Shown here: one piece after another, positions 21,653 through 30,532 of the stretch
How positions within the stretch are numbered: the stretch's first letter is position 1
How the letters are laid out: every line of letters begins with the position of its first letter
Origin: a virus
Lineage: Duplodnaviria; Heunggongvirae; Uroviricota; Caudoviricetes
Virus record (IMG/VR): IMGVR_UViG_2541047875_000007
Location: 1-42,110 of that record
Reading direction: 5' to 3' (one strand)
Length of the DNA stretch: 42,110 nt
The notes under the pieces: model-generated
The model's input: only the letters and a program-made list of their open reading frames with translations
Told to the model about the DNA's origin: nothing
Database searches by the model: none
Position numbers and translations under genes: made by a program

Positions 21653-22183
21653 TCACACCATTCCGGGCAAATACATTTGCACTTCATTTGCCGCTCTCTC
21701 ACGTGCAACATGAAGCAATCTTTTTCGCCCACCAACGCCCCACTTAGCCATTTGGCTTGCGCACTGGCTTATCGCTTTGGTTTCAGTATTGATGATGTGA
21801 TCTATTCTATTCAGACGGGACATTGCGCCAACGCCGAGACGGACAACCGTTTTGAAAACTTCATAAACTTCGATTTCAAATTCCGGCTTAATCCATGCTG
21901 CATATCTGATTGCCAGAAGTTCAACACCCCACACACCTGGTTCTGCACCACCTTTGATTATTTTAAGTGGTTGAATTTGTTCCAAAGTGCTTTTTTGCAC
22001 TTTGGCCTCCAGTGCTTTTATGAAGCGTTTTATCTGCGCGCTACGCAAAAACTGGCTTGGGCGCTGTTGCTCTGTAGCCTCTCCATTTGCAACTGCTGCT
22101 GCATGGAGATCGTTTAAGTTGTAGCGTCCATCCTCATCAACACGAACGGACACACCATTGACAATAACTGTTGGGTACTTCAT
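21653..22183 (-). CDS. KilA-N domain protein
   Basis: 176 aa; LNDLH...RPSQFLR...GVWGVELLAIRYAAWIKPEFEIEVYE fits the KilA-N pattern. Confidence 0.65.
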   Translation of the reverse strand: MKYPTVIVNGVSVRVDEDGRYNLNDLHAAAVANGEATEQQRPSQFLRSAQIKRFIKALEAKVQKSTLEQIQPLKIIKGGAEPGVWGVELLAIRYAAWIKPEFEIEVYEVFKTVVRLGVGAMSRLNRIDHIINTETKAISQCASQMAKWGVGGRKRLLHVARERAANEVQMYLPGMV

Positions 22184-22329
22184 CAGTGATCACCTTTTAG
22201 TGATGAACCTTGTCACACAGGATTCCGGCCCACAGAAAGGCACCGATCACCAAACCGGCATCCTCAAGGGTCATCCTGAAAGGTTCTGTGTTCATAAGTC
22301 GCGCGTGTGAAGCGCGTTTACTGCGGACA

Positions 22330-22353
22330 TAAAAAAGCCCCGCATCGCGAGGC
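22330..22353 (-). terminator. Candidate intrinsic terminator downstream of the lysis cassette
   Basis: Minus strand GCCTCGC-GAT-GCGGGGC (one U-G pair) followed by TTTTTTAT. Confidence 0.4.
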
Positions 22354-22385
22354 TCATTAAATGGACTTTGTGATTTGCAAAAAAA

Positions 22386-22823
22386 TTATTTCAGGCACTG
22401 AGTCCTGATGTACTCCTGCAGGTAGTTAACCTGCGCGGTTATCCTGTCGATTCCAATTCGGAGACGGTAATAATTGAGTTCAGCATCTGCTGTAAGTCTT
22501 GGGCTTTCTCCATTGCCCATGCCGCTGGCTCCGGTCGTTGACTTTGCACAGGTGGCGGCGACTTGCAGGCGCTTACGACCAGCAGAAACATCAGCACGGA
22601 GACTTTCGATAGTCGCGTTAGCATCAGCAAGCTCCTTTGTGTATCTGGCGTCAAGTTCTGCTACATCACGTTGACGCTTCTGCATGTCAGCGATTGTGGA
22701 TGTGGCTTTATCGCGCTGCTCTTTGTAGGCGATGGCGTTATCACGGTAATGATTGACCGCCCACGACAGACAGACGACGATGCAGATAATCAGAGCAGAT
22801 ATAATCGCGGTTACTCTGCTCAT
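22386..22823 (-). CDS. Rz: Rz i-spanin
   Basis: 145 aa, N-terminal TM segment then coiled-coil; immediately after R; start overlaps the R stop. Confidence 0.85.
   Translation of the reverse strand: MSRVTAIISALIICIVVCLSWAVNHYRDNAIAYKEQRDKATSTIADMQKRQRDVAELDARYTKELADANATIESLRADVSAGRKRLQVAATCAKSTTGASGMGNGESPRLTADAELNYYRLRIGIDRITAQVNYLQEYIRTQCLK
22439..22624 (-). CDS. Rz1: Rz1 o-spanin, embedded in the +1 frame of Rz
   Basis: ATG 22624 with AAGGAG 7 nt upstream; lipoprotein signal ...[10 protein letters not shown] followed by Pro-rich segment, like lambda Rz1. Confidence 0.7.
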   Translation of the reverse strand: MLTRLSKVSVLMFLLVVSACKSPPPVQSQRPEPAAWAMEKAQDLQQMLNSIITVSELESTG

Positions 22824-23296
22824 ACCTCAATCTCTCTGACCGTTCCGCCAGCTTCTTTGAATTTTGCAATCAGGCTGTCAGCCTTATGCTCGAACTGGCC
22901 ATAACCAGCGCCCGGAAGTGAAGCCCAGATATTGCTGCAACGGTCGATTGCCTGACGAATATCGCCGCGGTCAATCATCGGTAAAGCGCCACGCTCTTTA
23001 ATCTGTTGCAATGCCACAGCGTCCTGGCTTTTCGGAGAGAAGTCTTTCAGTCCAAGCTGCTTGCGGTAGGCATCCCACCAACGGGAAAGAAGCTGGTAAC
23101 GTCCGGCTGCTGTTGATTTGAGTTTTGGGTTTAGCGTGACAAGTTTGCGAGGGTGATCGGAGTAATCAGTGAATAGCTCTCCGCCAACAATGACGTCATA
23201 ACCATGATTTCTGGTTTTCTGACGTCCGTTATCAGTTCCCTCCGACCACGCCAGCATATCGAGGAACGCCTTACGTTGATTATTGATTTCCACCAT
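22820..23296 (-). CDS. R: Endolysin R (lambda-type lytic transglycosylase)
   Basis: 158 aa, [39 protein letters not shown]... essentially identical to lambda R from memory. Confidence 0.95.
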   Translation of the reverse strand: MVEINNQRKAFLDMLAWSEGTDNGRQKTRNHGYDVIVGGELFTDYSDHPRKLVTLNPKLKSTAAGRYQLLSRWWDAYRKQLGLKDFSPKSQDAVALQQIKERGALPMIDRGDIRQAIDRCSNIWASLPGAGYGQFEHKADSLIAKFKEAGGTVREIEV

Positions 23297-23603
23297 CTTC
23301 TACTCCGGCTTTTTTAGCAGCGAAGCGTTTGATAAGCGAACCAATCGAGTCAGTACCGATGTAGCCGATGAACACGCTCGTTATATAAGCGAGATTGCTA
23401 CTTAGTCCGGCGAAGTCGAGAAGGTCACGAATGAACCAGGCGATAATGGCGCACATCGTTGCGTCGATTACTGTTTTTGTAAACGCACCGCCATTGTATC
23501 TGCCGCGAAGGTACGCCATTGCAAACGCAAGGATTGCCCCGATTCCTTGTTCCTTTGCCGCGAGAATGGCGGCTAACAGGTCATGTTTTTCTGGCATATT
23601 CAT
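23280..23603 (-). CDS. S: Holin S (lambda class I holin with dual-start motif)
   Basis: 107 aa, [39 protein letters not shown]... matches lambda S; Met1-Asn2-Met3 dual start. Confidence 0.95.
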   Translation of the reverse strand: MNMPEKHDLLAAILAAKEQGIGAILAFAMAYLRGRYNGGAFTKTVIDATMCAIIAWFIRDLLDFAGLSSNLAYITSVFIGYIGTDSIGSLIKRFAAKKAGVEDGGNQ

Positions 23604-23728
23604 GTCTTACCCCCAATAAGGGGATTTGCTCTATTTAATTAGGAATAAGGTCGATTACTGATAGAACAAATCCAGGCTACTGTGTTTAGTAATCAGATTT
23701 GTTCGTGACCGATATGCACGGGCAAAAC

Positions 23729-23758
23729 GGCAGGAGGTTGTTAGCGCAACCTCCTGCC
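23729..23758 (-). terminator. tR'-like intrinsic terminator of the late leader
   Basis: GGCAGGAGGTTGCGCTAACAACCTCCTGCC hairpin followed by GTTTTGCCC on the minus strand; matches the remembered lambda tR' region. Confidence 0.7.
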
Positions 23759-23904
23759 ACCCGATTTCACGAAGGCAGCCATTGAGCTGGTTTTGTTTTA
23801 TGCAAAGCACACCGCACCGTAGCCACAGCGGATAAGGTGATTATTTTGGTCTGTCTGGTATTTGGTTTGATGTGCTTTCAGAAAGGCCGTGCTTAAAACG
23901 CAAA

Positions 23905-23932
23905 AAGCCCCGAGCTATTAACTCAGGGCTTT
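23905..23932 (-). terminator. Promoter-proximal hairpin plus U-tract downstream of pR'
   Basis: Minus strand AAAGCCCTGAG-TTAATA-GCTCGGGGCTTTTTGCGTTTT. Confidence 0.5.
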
Positions 23933-23957
23933 ATTTAACGAGTGCATTTATCCATCG

Positions 23958-23994
23958 TTAGGTCAAATTTACCCAACTTTATTCAATAAGTCAA
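23958..23994 (-). promoter_or_regulatory. Late promoter pR' with overlapping qut (Q-utilisation) region
   Basis: Minus strand TTGACT - 17 bp - TAAATT, followed by a -10-like AACGAT pause element in the initial transcribed region; placed just downstream of Q as in lambda. Confidence 0.6.
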
Positions 23995-24036
23995 TATCAT
24001 GCCGTTAATATGTTGCCATCCGTGGCAATCATGCTG

Positions 24037-24660
24037 CTAACGTGTGACCGCATTCAATATGTTGTCTGCGATTGACTCTTCTTTGTGGCATTGCACCACC
24101 AGAGAGTCATACAGCGGCTTAACAGTGCGTGACCAGGTGGGTTGAGTAAGGTTTGGGATTAGCATCGTTACAGCGCGATATGCGGCGCTTGCTGGCATTC
24201 TTGAATAGCCGACACCTTTGCATCTTCCGCATTCTTTCTCAACAACTCTCCCCCACTGCTCTGTTTTGGCTATATCAACCGCACGGCCTGTACCGTGGCA
24301 ATCTCTGCATCTTGCGCCCGGCGTCGCGGCACTACGGCAATAATCCGCATAAGCGAATGTTGCGAGCACTTGCAGTACCTTTGCCTTAGTATTTCCTTCG
24401 AGCTTTGCCACACCACGGTATTTCCCCGATACCTTGTGTGCAAATTGCATCAGATAGTTGATAGCCTTTTGTTTGTCGTTCTGGCTGAGTTCATGCTTAC
24501 CGCAGAATGCAGCCATTCCGAATCCGGCTTGTGATTGTGCCATCCCCATAGCAGCCATCACATCAGTACCGGAAAGAGAGTCAGACGCCGTGGCCCGTGG
24601 TGAGTCACTCATCATCGGGCTTTTTGGCGAATGAAATTTAGCTACACTTTCGAGTCTCAT
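24037..24660 (-). CDS. Q: Late antiterminator Q (lambda-type)
   Basis: 207 aa, MRLESVAKFHSPKSPMMSDSPRATASDSLSG...CRDCHGTGRAVD... essentially identical to lambda Q from memory. Confidence 0.95.
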   Translation of the reverse strand: MRLESVAKFHSPKSPMMSDSPRATASDSLSGTDVMAAMGMAQSQAGFGMAAFCGKHELSQNDKQKAINYLMQFAHKVSGKYRGVAKLEGNTKAKVLQVLATFAYADYCRSAATPGARCRDCHGTGRAVDIAKTEQWGRVVEKECGRCKGVGYSRMPASAAYRAVTMLIPNLTQPTWSRTVKPLYDSLVVQCHKEESIADNILNAVTR

Positions 24661-24845
24661 GGTCTACCCCTCTTGCCCTGTTTGACCATCAGGACGCCGT
24701 TAACTATTACGTGACGCTCACCTTTGCTGTCTCGGTTGTACTTGAGCACTGTTCCTCTTGCGCAGGAAAGCATCCTCGCCACTTCGGTCTGATTGCCTCG
24801 TGTCTGGATAAGAAGCTCTGGTATCGTTTGAATTGTGGCGTTCAT
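24657..24845 (-). CDS. ninH: NinH-like protein
   Basis: 62 aa, ...GNQTEVARMLSCARGTVLKY...VIVNGVLMV resembles lambda NinH. Confidence 0.7.
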   Translation of the reverse strand: MNATIQTIPELLIQTRGNQTEVARMLSCARGTVLKYNRDSKGERHVIVNGVLMVKQGKRGRP

Positions 24846-25204
24846 ACGTTCTCCAGTTCGGTGATTTTTATTCCAAGCCTTCCGCCTGGTACTTTCACAC
24901 CACGAATTACGCGAATGTCATCGAATTGCTCGTCGTCTTCCGCAAATCCGGCGTGGATAAGTGAGTCGAGTAAACCTTTCAGGATGTTGTCGAGGTCGCG
25001 GCGGCGGGAGTCTGGAACGTCTGCGATGACTTTGATACGGAGTCGTGATTTGGTAAAAATGTCTAACTTGAGTTGGCGGATGATTTTCTGAACGTCTTTT
25101 CGGTATTTCTGGCCTTTATCGCTTATGTAATATTGGCTTCCCCGTCTTCGCCAGTAGGTATTCAGCGACGGTGGGTATGGAAGTACAAACTGATATTCGT
25201 TCAT
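24842..25204 (-). CDS. rusA: Holliday-junction resolvase RusA
   Basis: 120 aa; LPYPPSLNTYWR...DRRRRDLDNILKGLLDSLIHAGF...GGRLGIKITE matches the RusA family. Confidence 0.9.
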   Translation of the reverse strand: MNEYQFVLPYPPSLNTYWRRRGSQYYISDKGQKYRKDVQKIIRQLKLDIFTKSRLRIKVIADVPDSRRRDLDNILKGLLDSLIHAGFAEDDEQFDDIRVIRGVKVPGGRLGIKITELENV

Positions 25205-25491
25205 GGCTTAATCTTCCCCTCCTTCAGCAGTATCGCCTGCGTCCTGATCACGCCTTCGAGGTGGTAAAGTCTGGCGTCTTTGTTGTCGAGAATCCGGGTG
25301 CGTCGGTCGATCTCCGCGTGGCAGTCACTACAAGCCCATGCGCAGATCAGGTCGTCAGGCTTCATTCCCGTTCCGCAAATTCCAGCCATCCGGTAATGTG
25401 CCAGAACTGTAGTTTCAGGATTACCATTGCATACGCCGTAAATACGTACCTGGCATTCTCTTCCGCGCGCTTCTTTGCGTAGGTTAGCCAT
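25201..25491 (-). CDS. YbcO-like protein (DUF1364; putative nuclease)
   Basis: 96 aa with Cys/His cluster (CQVRIYGVCNG...CAWACSDCH); sits immediately upstream of rusA like ybcO in DLP12. Confidence 0.6.
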   Translation of the reverse strand: MANLRKEARGRECQVRIYGVCNGNPETTVLAHYRMAGICGTGMKPDDLICAWACSDCHAEIDRRTRILDNKDARLYHLEGVIRTQAILLKEGKIKP

Positions 25492-25696
25492 TTACCTTCC
25501 CTCGCAATTGAAGAATTGACTGAAGGTCTTTTTTAATAAATATGCGAGTGCGAATTGAGCAGTAGTTTTCCTTCATTCTGGCGTAGTAATAGTCTTTTCT
25601 TTGCTTAAGCTTGTTGGCATCCGCTGTCATCCAGTCTTTTACAGCAAACTTAATTAACCAGCGGTGGTAGAGATACCATTTCAGGTAATCATTCAT
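25484..25696 (-). CDS. Hypothetical protein (70 aa)
   Basis: ORF in the coupled nin gene string; no family recognised. Confidence 0.5.
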   Translation of the reverse strand: MNDYLKWYLYHRWLIKFAVKDWMTADANKLKQRKDYYYARMKENYCSIRTRIFIKKDLQSILQLRGKVNG

Positions 25697-25865
25697 CGTC
25701 TTCTTCCTCGTACATTGAGCTATTCGGATCGCTCATCAGTTCTGCACAGCAGTGCTCACACACGTGAACTTCCAGCACATGCAGCTTCTGACCGCAGTTA
25801 GCGCACGTTAAAGCCCGCTCGACGCTTTCTTTCTGGTATTGAATGGATTGGGATGGGCTAAGCAT
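25689..25865 (-). CDS. ninF: NinF-like protein
   Basis: 58 aa from ATG 25865 (the track's ORF begins at an upstream TTG); [58 protein letters not shown] matches lambda NinF. Confidence 0.8.
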   Translation of the reverse strand: MLSPSQSIQYQKESVERALTCANCGQKLHVLEVHVCEHCCAELMSDPNSSMYEEEDDE

Positions 25866-26808
25866 TAACAACCTCCATACAAACTTTCACGAATGCCGTT
25901 GCTACTTCTGCATTGATTGCGTTTCCATATCCAATAATTCGCTGATCTTGATTGCGCTTTGCCATTCTTCCCAGTGTGGACTTGCCTCGTCCCAAGCTTT
26001 TGGCAATGCCATTAACCATCGGGAATGAGCCGGGTCTAACTGGACGATATTTTTCATCTCTACAGTAAAGCCAGTCTGCATCTCTCCAGAAGCCGTTAAC
26101 CGGTAATGGGTACATAGCTTCACCGTCCCGGGAAGTTTCAAGCAGATTCTTGGGGTTCCGCTCTTGTCTTTTCCGCTGTAGCAATGCGTTGAACCTGTTG
26201 CATCGTTCGCTAAAGGAGTTTGCCATCCCGCTAGTCTCACGCATCCAGATAGGTTCTGAATTCCCCTGCGCGTCTCTGGCTGAAAGTTGATATTTGTCGT
26301 TGGAGTAGGCCACCCAATACAATCGCTGCCTAATGTGCGGAGAACCGAAGCCCGCAGCGCAAATATCGGTACCTGCAGAGGTGTAGTTCGCACCTTCCAA
26401 GTCAGTTTGTACAAGGTCGAGCCAAGCGAGGCCGTCTGCGCTTGCAACCTGTTCGCCAATAACGATGCCAGGATTGCATTTTTCAATAAGCCAGAAGAAT
26501 GCCGGCCATAAGTGCCGCTCGTCATCAACCCCTTTTCCTTTGCCTGCCGAGCTGAAAGGTTGGCATGGGCAACTTCCTGTCCAGATACTCTTGTTGTCTG
26601 GCCATCCTGCTTTTCTAAGTGCATAGCTCCAAACTCCGATTCCTGCAAAAAAGTGGTGCTGGGTAAATCCTCGCAAATCACCTGGTGTGACATCTTCAAT
26701 ACTCCTTTCATCTACATAACCGGGGGCAATTTCTCCAGCGTCAATTAAGTTACGCAGCCATTGCGCTGCATACGGATCTATTTCGTTGTAATACGCAGTC
26801 ATCGTCAT
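25858..26808 (-). CDS. DNA cytosine-5 methyltransferase (orphan; no adjacent restriction endonuclease)
   Basis: Motif I FFAGIGV and motif IV catalytic [13 protein letters not shown]. Start is either ATG 26808 (overlaps the ninE stop) or ATG 26802 (GAGGAA 8 nt upstream). Confidence 0.85.
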   Translation of the reverse strand: MTMTAYYNEIDPYAAQWLRNLIDAGEIAPGYVDERSIEDVTPGDLRGFTQHHFFAGIGVWSYALRKAGWPDNKSIWTGSCPCQPFSSAGKGKGVDDERHLWPAFFWLIEKCNPGIVIGEQVASADGLAWLDLVQTDLEGANYTSAGTDICAAGFGSPHIRQRLYWVAYSNDKYQLSARDAQGNSEPIWMRETSGMANSFSERCNRFNALLQRKRQERNPKNLLETSRDGEAMYPLPVNGFWRDADWLYCRDEKYRPVRPGSFPMVNGIAKSLGRGKSTLGRMAKRNQDQRIIGYGNAINAEVATAFVKVCMEVVNA

Positions 26809-26981
26809 TTCCTCGCACGATGTCTTAGCCACCGGATATCCCACAGGTGAGCCGTGTAGTTGAAGGTTTTTACGTCAGATTCTTTTGGGATTGGCTTGCG
26901 TTTATTTCTGGAGCGTTTCGTTGGAAGGTATTTGCAGTTTTCGCAGATGATGTCGGTGAAACTTCGTCGCTGTCGTCTCAT
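26805..26981 (-). CDS. ninE: NinE (58 aa); missed by the ORF track because under 60 aa
   Basis: Translation [58 protein letters not shown] matches lambda NinE; ATG overlaps the ninB stop (ATGA). Confidence 0.8.
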   Translation of the reverse strand: MRRQRRSFTDIICENCKYLPTKRSRNKRKPIPKESDVKTFNYTAHLWDIRWLRHRARK

Positions 26982-27388
26982 TCGTACCTCCTGTCGGTAA
27001 ATCTGACACCCTGACCAATAGCCCAGGCTGTTGTGTACTCAATCAGACTTGCCATACGCTTCACACTCATCTGCGCGCTGCTTTCGCGGATGTTGACGTA
27101 TTCGCCTTCAAGCCCGGGCAAAACATCAGCTTCCTGCTTTGTTGCCACTGCATGACCGCTGATCAACAAAACCTTCCATTGTTCTGGTTTTAACCATTTA
27201 TCGCGCCACTGAACTTGCCTGGCGATATCTGCGACCATCGCGTGAAATTTTGCGTTCTGGTCAAGATTTCGCTTGTAGTCAGTAATGCGGATGGTGACTG
27301 GCTTGTCTTTATCGAGTGGTGTTGCGAGGATGGCGTTGATTGCGGCTTGCTGTTGTTGCTTACTCCTGAGGAAAATTGTCTGTTTCAT
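26978..27388 (-). CDS. ninB: NinB recombination protein (Orf family)
   Basis: 136 aa; ...[25 protein letters not shown]... resembles lambda NinB. Confidence 0.85.
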   Translation of the reverse strand: MKQTIFLRSKQQQQAAINAILATPLDKDKPVTIRITDYKRNLDQNAKFHAMVADIARQVQWRDKWLKPEQWKVLLISGHAVATKQEADVLPGLEGEYVNIRESSAQMSVKRMASLIEYTTAWAIGQGVRFTDRRYE

Positions 27389-27396
27389 GGAATTCC

Positions 27397-27609
27397 TCAG
27401 TATGCGTAAAGGCTGTATCCATTTTTATTTGTCCTGGTGCCATAGCCATATAGGCTCCAGCCATCCTGTTTTCTCTCACCAAAAATATGCTTGCGGTATT
27501 CTTCCTGCTGGCGTCTCCATATTTCCATCATGTCTGGCTGGTTCTTTTCTCGCATTTTTCGGATCTGCTCAAGGATGAACTCTATTTGCTGCTGATTTGT
27601 CATGCTCAC
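27397..27609 (-). CDS. Hypothetical protein (70 aa)
   Basis: ORF between the helicase and ninB; no family recognised. Confidence 0.5.
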   Translation of the reverse strand: MSMTNQQQIEFILEQIRKMREKNQPDMMEIWRRQQEEYRKHIFGERKQDGWSLYGYGTRTNKNGYSLYAY

Positions 27610-27613
27610 TCCT

Positions 27614-27829
27614 TCACTTTAAATCCAGGTTCCGGATAATTCTGTCACACTGAAAATCAGTATCGATTTTAACCAACCGGCGAAGAACGCGGTCACGCGG
27701 ATAGCTCCGTGGCTTAGGGGCGTTTTTCTGTCTCTCGCCAGTCGGAAGTCTGGAAGCAGACCAGTACCGCTTTGCACGACCAATGTTCTCCTGAAAGTCG
27801 GCGCGGACAAGCTCAGCTATCGTACTCAT
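27614..27829 (-). CDS. Hypothetical protein (71 aa) at the lambda ren position
   Basis: ATG overlaps the stop of the upstream 30-aa ORF; basic protein, no family recognised. Confidence 0.5.
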   Translation of the reverse strand: MSTIAELVRADFQENIGRAKRYWSASRLPTGERQKNAPKPRSYPRDRVLRRLVKIDTDFQCDRIIRNLDLK

Positions 27830-27918
27830 TTCTTAAAGCCTCCAATTACTCTCCCCCAAATAAAAAGGCCTGCGATTACCAGCAGGCCTGTTATTAGCTC
27901 AGTGATGTAGATGGTCAT
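27826..27918 (-). CDS. Putative 30-aa hydrophobic peptide, translationally coupled between the helicase and the next gene
   Basis: [30 protein letters not shown]; ATG overlaps the helicase stop (ATGA) and its stop overlaps the next ATG; not in the ORF track. Confidence 0.4.
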   Translation of the reverse strand: MTIYITELITGLLVIAGLFIWGRVIGGFKK

Positions 27919-29291
27919 ACGTCAGCCCCTTGTGCATATCGTCTGCCACGCGCAGCAGGTGCATTTGATGCTGTGCAAATCTGTCTGGCTTCATCCTGGT
28001 CACATGCAACAAAGTGTCCGTTGCAGAACCGCTGGTAAACCGTACCAAGTGAGCCAAAACGGTTTTTCGTCACAATGATTTCAGCAAATGGCGCGGCGCT
28101 ACTGTTCTCGTCATATACAGCTTCCCGATAGAGCATGATGATTGAGTCTGCGTCCTGTTCAATGCTTCCTGAATCACGCAAATCTGCGTTTGTCGGGCGT
28201 TTGTTTGGTCGCTTCTCAACATCGCGCGAAAGCTGACTCAGGGAGATAACAGGCGTTTTCAGGTCTTTCGCCATCGCCTTCAGGCTTCCGGAGATGTGAG
28301 CAATTGCGAGGTCGTTGCGATCTGCTTTCGGCTTCTCAATCAGGCCAAGATAATCCACCATGATGAGTGACAGGTTTGGATTTTCCTGTTTGTGCCGTTC
28401 TGCGATTGAGCGTATTTCTTCGACCGATAACCGCGAGGCATCGACTACCCATACATCCAAATCTGCAAGCTGACTCATGCCGTTAGCAACGCGCGCCCAG
28501 CCTTCGTCATCCATCGATGCAGGATTTCGCAGCACACTAACCGACATCCTCCCGGCGTTGGCAATACTTCGCTCTGCAATCTGCAATGCGCTCATTTCCA
28601 TTGAGAAAATCAACACTCCGCGCCGGACGTCAGAACCAGGAATAACGCGGCTTGCAACGCCTTCGGCAATCTTCAGCGCCAGTTCGGTTTTACCCATACC
28701 GGGACGAGCGGCGATAATCACCAGGTCTTCTGCGTTCATCCCTCCGGTGATGGCGTCAAGTTCGTCGATTCCGGTCTTCAGGGTATCTGACTCTTCTCCG
28801 TTCCTCAGACGCCTGTCAAGCGTGTCAGTGTAGTCAGTGATGATTTCCCCTAACCGTACCGGTTTAACCTCGTCACGGGGCTTTCTGATGGCTGAAAGAC
28901 GCTTTACAAGTTCATCCATCGCCTGACTCGATGCGTCGATGGTTCCGCTCTGAATTGGTTCACGCATTTCATCCATGATTTCCAGCACCAGACGGCGGTG
29001 ATAGTTATCCGCGACCATTCCGGCATATCCCTTCAGGTTTGCGGCACTCGGGCAGTTTTTGCTGGTCATCAGGATTGACGTGAAATGCTCCTCTCCGCAC
29101 GCCTCGGCAACCATCAGCGCGTCGATTAAATTTCTGTTTCGCGCCTGCTTGCGGATAACCTCGAAGGCTTTCCGGTAGAGCGGAATTGAAAACGCTTCCG
29201 GCTCCAGCGTTGCCAGAACGTCGCTGGCGGTTGGAGTTAATCCACCAATCAGCAGGCCACCGATAACGCTCGCTTCGATATCCTGTCTCAT
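27915..29291 (-). CDS. Replicative DNA helicase (DnaB family; P22 gene 12-like)
   Basis: 458 aa; Walker A GMGKTE, DnaB-type motifs, typical DnaB N-terminal domain. Confidence 0.9.
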   Translation of the reverse strand: MRQDIEASVIGGLLIGGLTPTASDVLATLEPEAFSIPLYRKAFEVIRKQARNRNLIDALMVAEACGEEHFTSILMTSKNCPSAANLKGYAGMVADNYHRRLVLEIMDEMREPIQSGTIDASSQAMDELVKRLSAIRKPRDEVKPVRLGEIITDYTDTLDRRLRNGEESDTLKTGIDELDAITGGMNAEDLVIIAARPGMGKTELALKIAEGVASRVIPGSDVRRGVLIFSMEMSALQIAERSIANAGRMSVSVLRNPASMDDEGWARVANGMSQLADLDVWVVDASRLSVEEIRSIAERHKQENPNLSLIMVDYLGLIEKPKADRNDLAIAHISGSLKAMAKDLKTPVISLSQLSRDVEKRPNKRPTNADLRDSGSIEQDADSIIMLYREAVYDENSSAAPFAEIIVTKNRFGSLGTVYQRFCNGHFVACDQDEARQICTASNAPAARGRRYAQGADV

Positions 29292-30235
29292 GCAATCCCC
29301 CTGTCTGCAAACTTCCCTTCCCGTACTCCCGTTAACGAATCTTCCCTCAACAGGTAATCAAAATCAGCCGTCCAGCCCGTGTCGTTGTCTCCGAAGTAAA
29401 ACGGCTTGGCCTGATGCACAAACGCCCTGACATACGCTCTGAAACCGTCCACGTTTGGCGTTTTCAGTTGCGGGATGATTTTCTTCAGGCGGCGTTTGCG
29501 TTTCTCGTTGACTGCAACAGCATGTGGAAGTCTGTCACCGACTTCGGTGTTGTAGGCGTTCAGGAAGGATTCGTAGTCGATTCGTTCTGCCTTGCGACGT
29601 TCAGGTTTAACCTGCCCATCGCCGCCCCCATTGGGGGGTAGGGGGGTATTATTTATATTCTTGTTAATACCTTCTTGTTCATGATGTGCGGTTGTTTGTG
29701 CGGCTTCATGTGCGCTTTCATGTGCGGAATGTGCGCTGAAAGCTGCGCCATTACTGGCTTCGTCATGTGCGGCATCATGTGCGGTTGTTTGTGCGGCATC
29801 ATGTGCGGGTAAATTGTCCATTTTTTGAGCATATTCATGGTAATTTGTGATGGTGATCACACGACCTTTTTGCTTCTCTCCATCAATGGAGATCATCCCT
29901 TCTTTCACAAAAACCTGAAGCATCCGCTCAACCTGATCACGGCTTGCTGGCTTGCCATGTCTGTCGCATAACTGAAGACCTAAATCAGCTGCTGTCACAA
30001 CCAGTTGACCGGGTTGCAGATGCCATTCATGACCTTTGAAATTCGCTTTGTATGGCTTTCTGGCGGCATTCAGGAGAAGGTTTTCCCACAGGGTGCGAAG
30101 ATAAACATCTTTCGCCCATGACTGTTTCAGAATGCTCCGGTACAACGGAATGTAACCAGTTTTCTGGTTCTCCATCCTGTTGCTCCTGCGCTCGTGTGCG
30201 GCGCTGAAATCGTAGATTTTTGCTGTATTGCTCAT
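29288..30235 (-). CDS. Replication initiator (lambda O / P22 gene 18-like) with internal His/Ala-rich low-complexity linker
   Basis: 315 aa; N-terminus [10 protein letters not shown]... resembles the lambda O N-terminus; linker [40 protein letters not shown] is encoded by the iteron repeats. Confidence 0.8.
   Translation of the reverse strand: MSNTAKIYDFSAAHERRSNRMENQKTGYIPLYRSILKQSWAKDVYLRTLWENLLLNAARKPYKANFKGHEWHLQPGQLVVTAADLGLQLCDRHGKPASRDQVERMLQVFVKEGMISIDGEKQKGRVITITNYHEYAQKMDNLPAHDAAQTTAHDAAHDEASNGAAFSAHSAHESAHEAAQTTAHHEQEGINKNINNTPLPPNGGGDGQVKPERRKAERIDYESFLNAYNTEVGDRLPHAVAVNEKRKRRLKKIIPQLKTPNVDGFRAYVRAFVHQAKPFYFGDNDTGWTADFDYLLREDSLTGVREGKFADRGIA
29646..29810 (-). repeat. Putative origin of replication: about 9 direct repeats of a TGTGCG(G/C) core inside the initiator gene, flanked by an AT-rich segment (29646-29672)
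   Basis: Repeats at roughly 10-12-bp spacing (CATCATGTGCGGTTGTTTGTGCGGC occurs twice); adjacent TATTATTTATATTCTTGTTAATACC; arrangement parallels lambda ori within O. Confidence 0.6.
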
Positions 30236-30237
30236 AA

Positions 30238-30510
30238 CTACCTGCCTTGACGAAAGACCTTAAGAACATCGTTAAACTGACTTACGGATATGTCTTCTTT
30301 GAGAAGCTTTTCCAGAAATGCGTTTGGAATGAACGTATATCCCTCCTCTTTTGGTAGAGACGGGAGCAACGCCCTCGCCTCAGCCTTCAGAAGCTCAGTT
30401 CTGGCAACTTTCACAAAAGAGATTTGAGTTCTTTCATCAATGGAACGAAGGAAGCGCAAACGCTTAGCTTCTTTGTGTGTATCAGGTGGATTAAAGCCTT
30501 TGTTTCGCAT
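30238..30510 (-). CDS. Hypothetical protein (90 aa) between cII and the replication initiator
   Basis: ORF-track ORF 30238-30783 trimmed to ATG 30510 (GAGGT 7 nt upstream); the upstream part of the long ORF overlaps cII in another frame. Confidence 0.55.
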   Translation of the reverse strand: MRNKGFNPPDTHKEAKRLRFLRSIDERTQISFVKVARTELLKAEARALLPSLPKEEGYTFIPNAFLEKLLKEDISVSQFNDVLKVFRQGR

Positions 30511-30532
30511 ATAATTACCTCGTTGGATGTTG

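Noticed and set aside
22198-22294. 32-aa minus-strand ORF between KilA-N and Rz (MNTEPFRMTLEDAGLVIGAFLWAGILCDKVHH)
   Set aside because: No Shine-Dalgarno sequence and it overlaps the candidate terminator region; cannot be distinguished from chance.
25902-26711. 269-aa ORF on the minus strand inside the methyltransferase gene
   Set aside because: Alternative frame of a gene with clear catalytic motifs; no ribosome-binding site and no recognisable domain.
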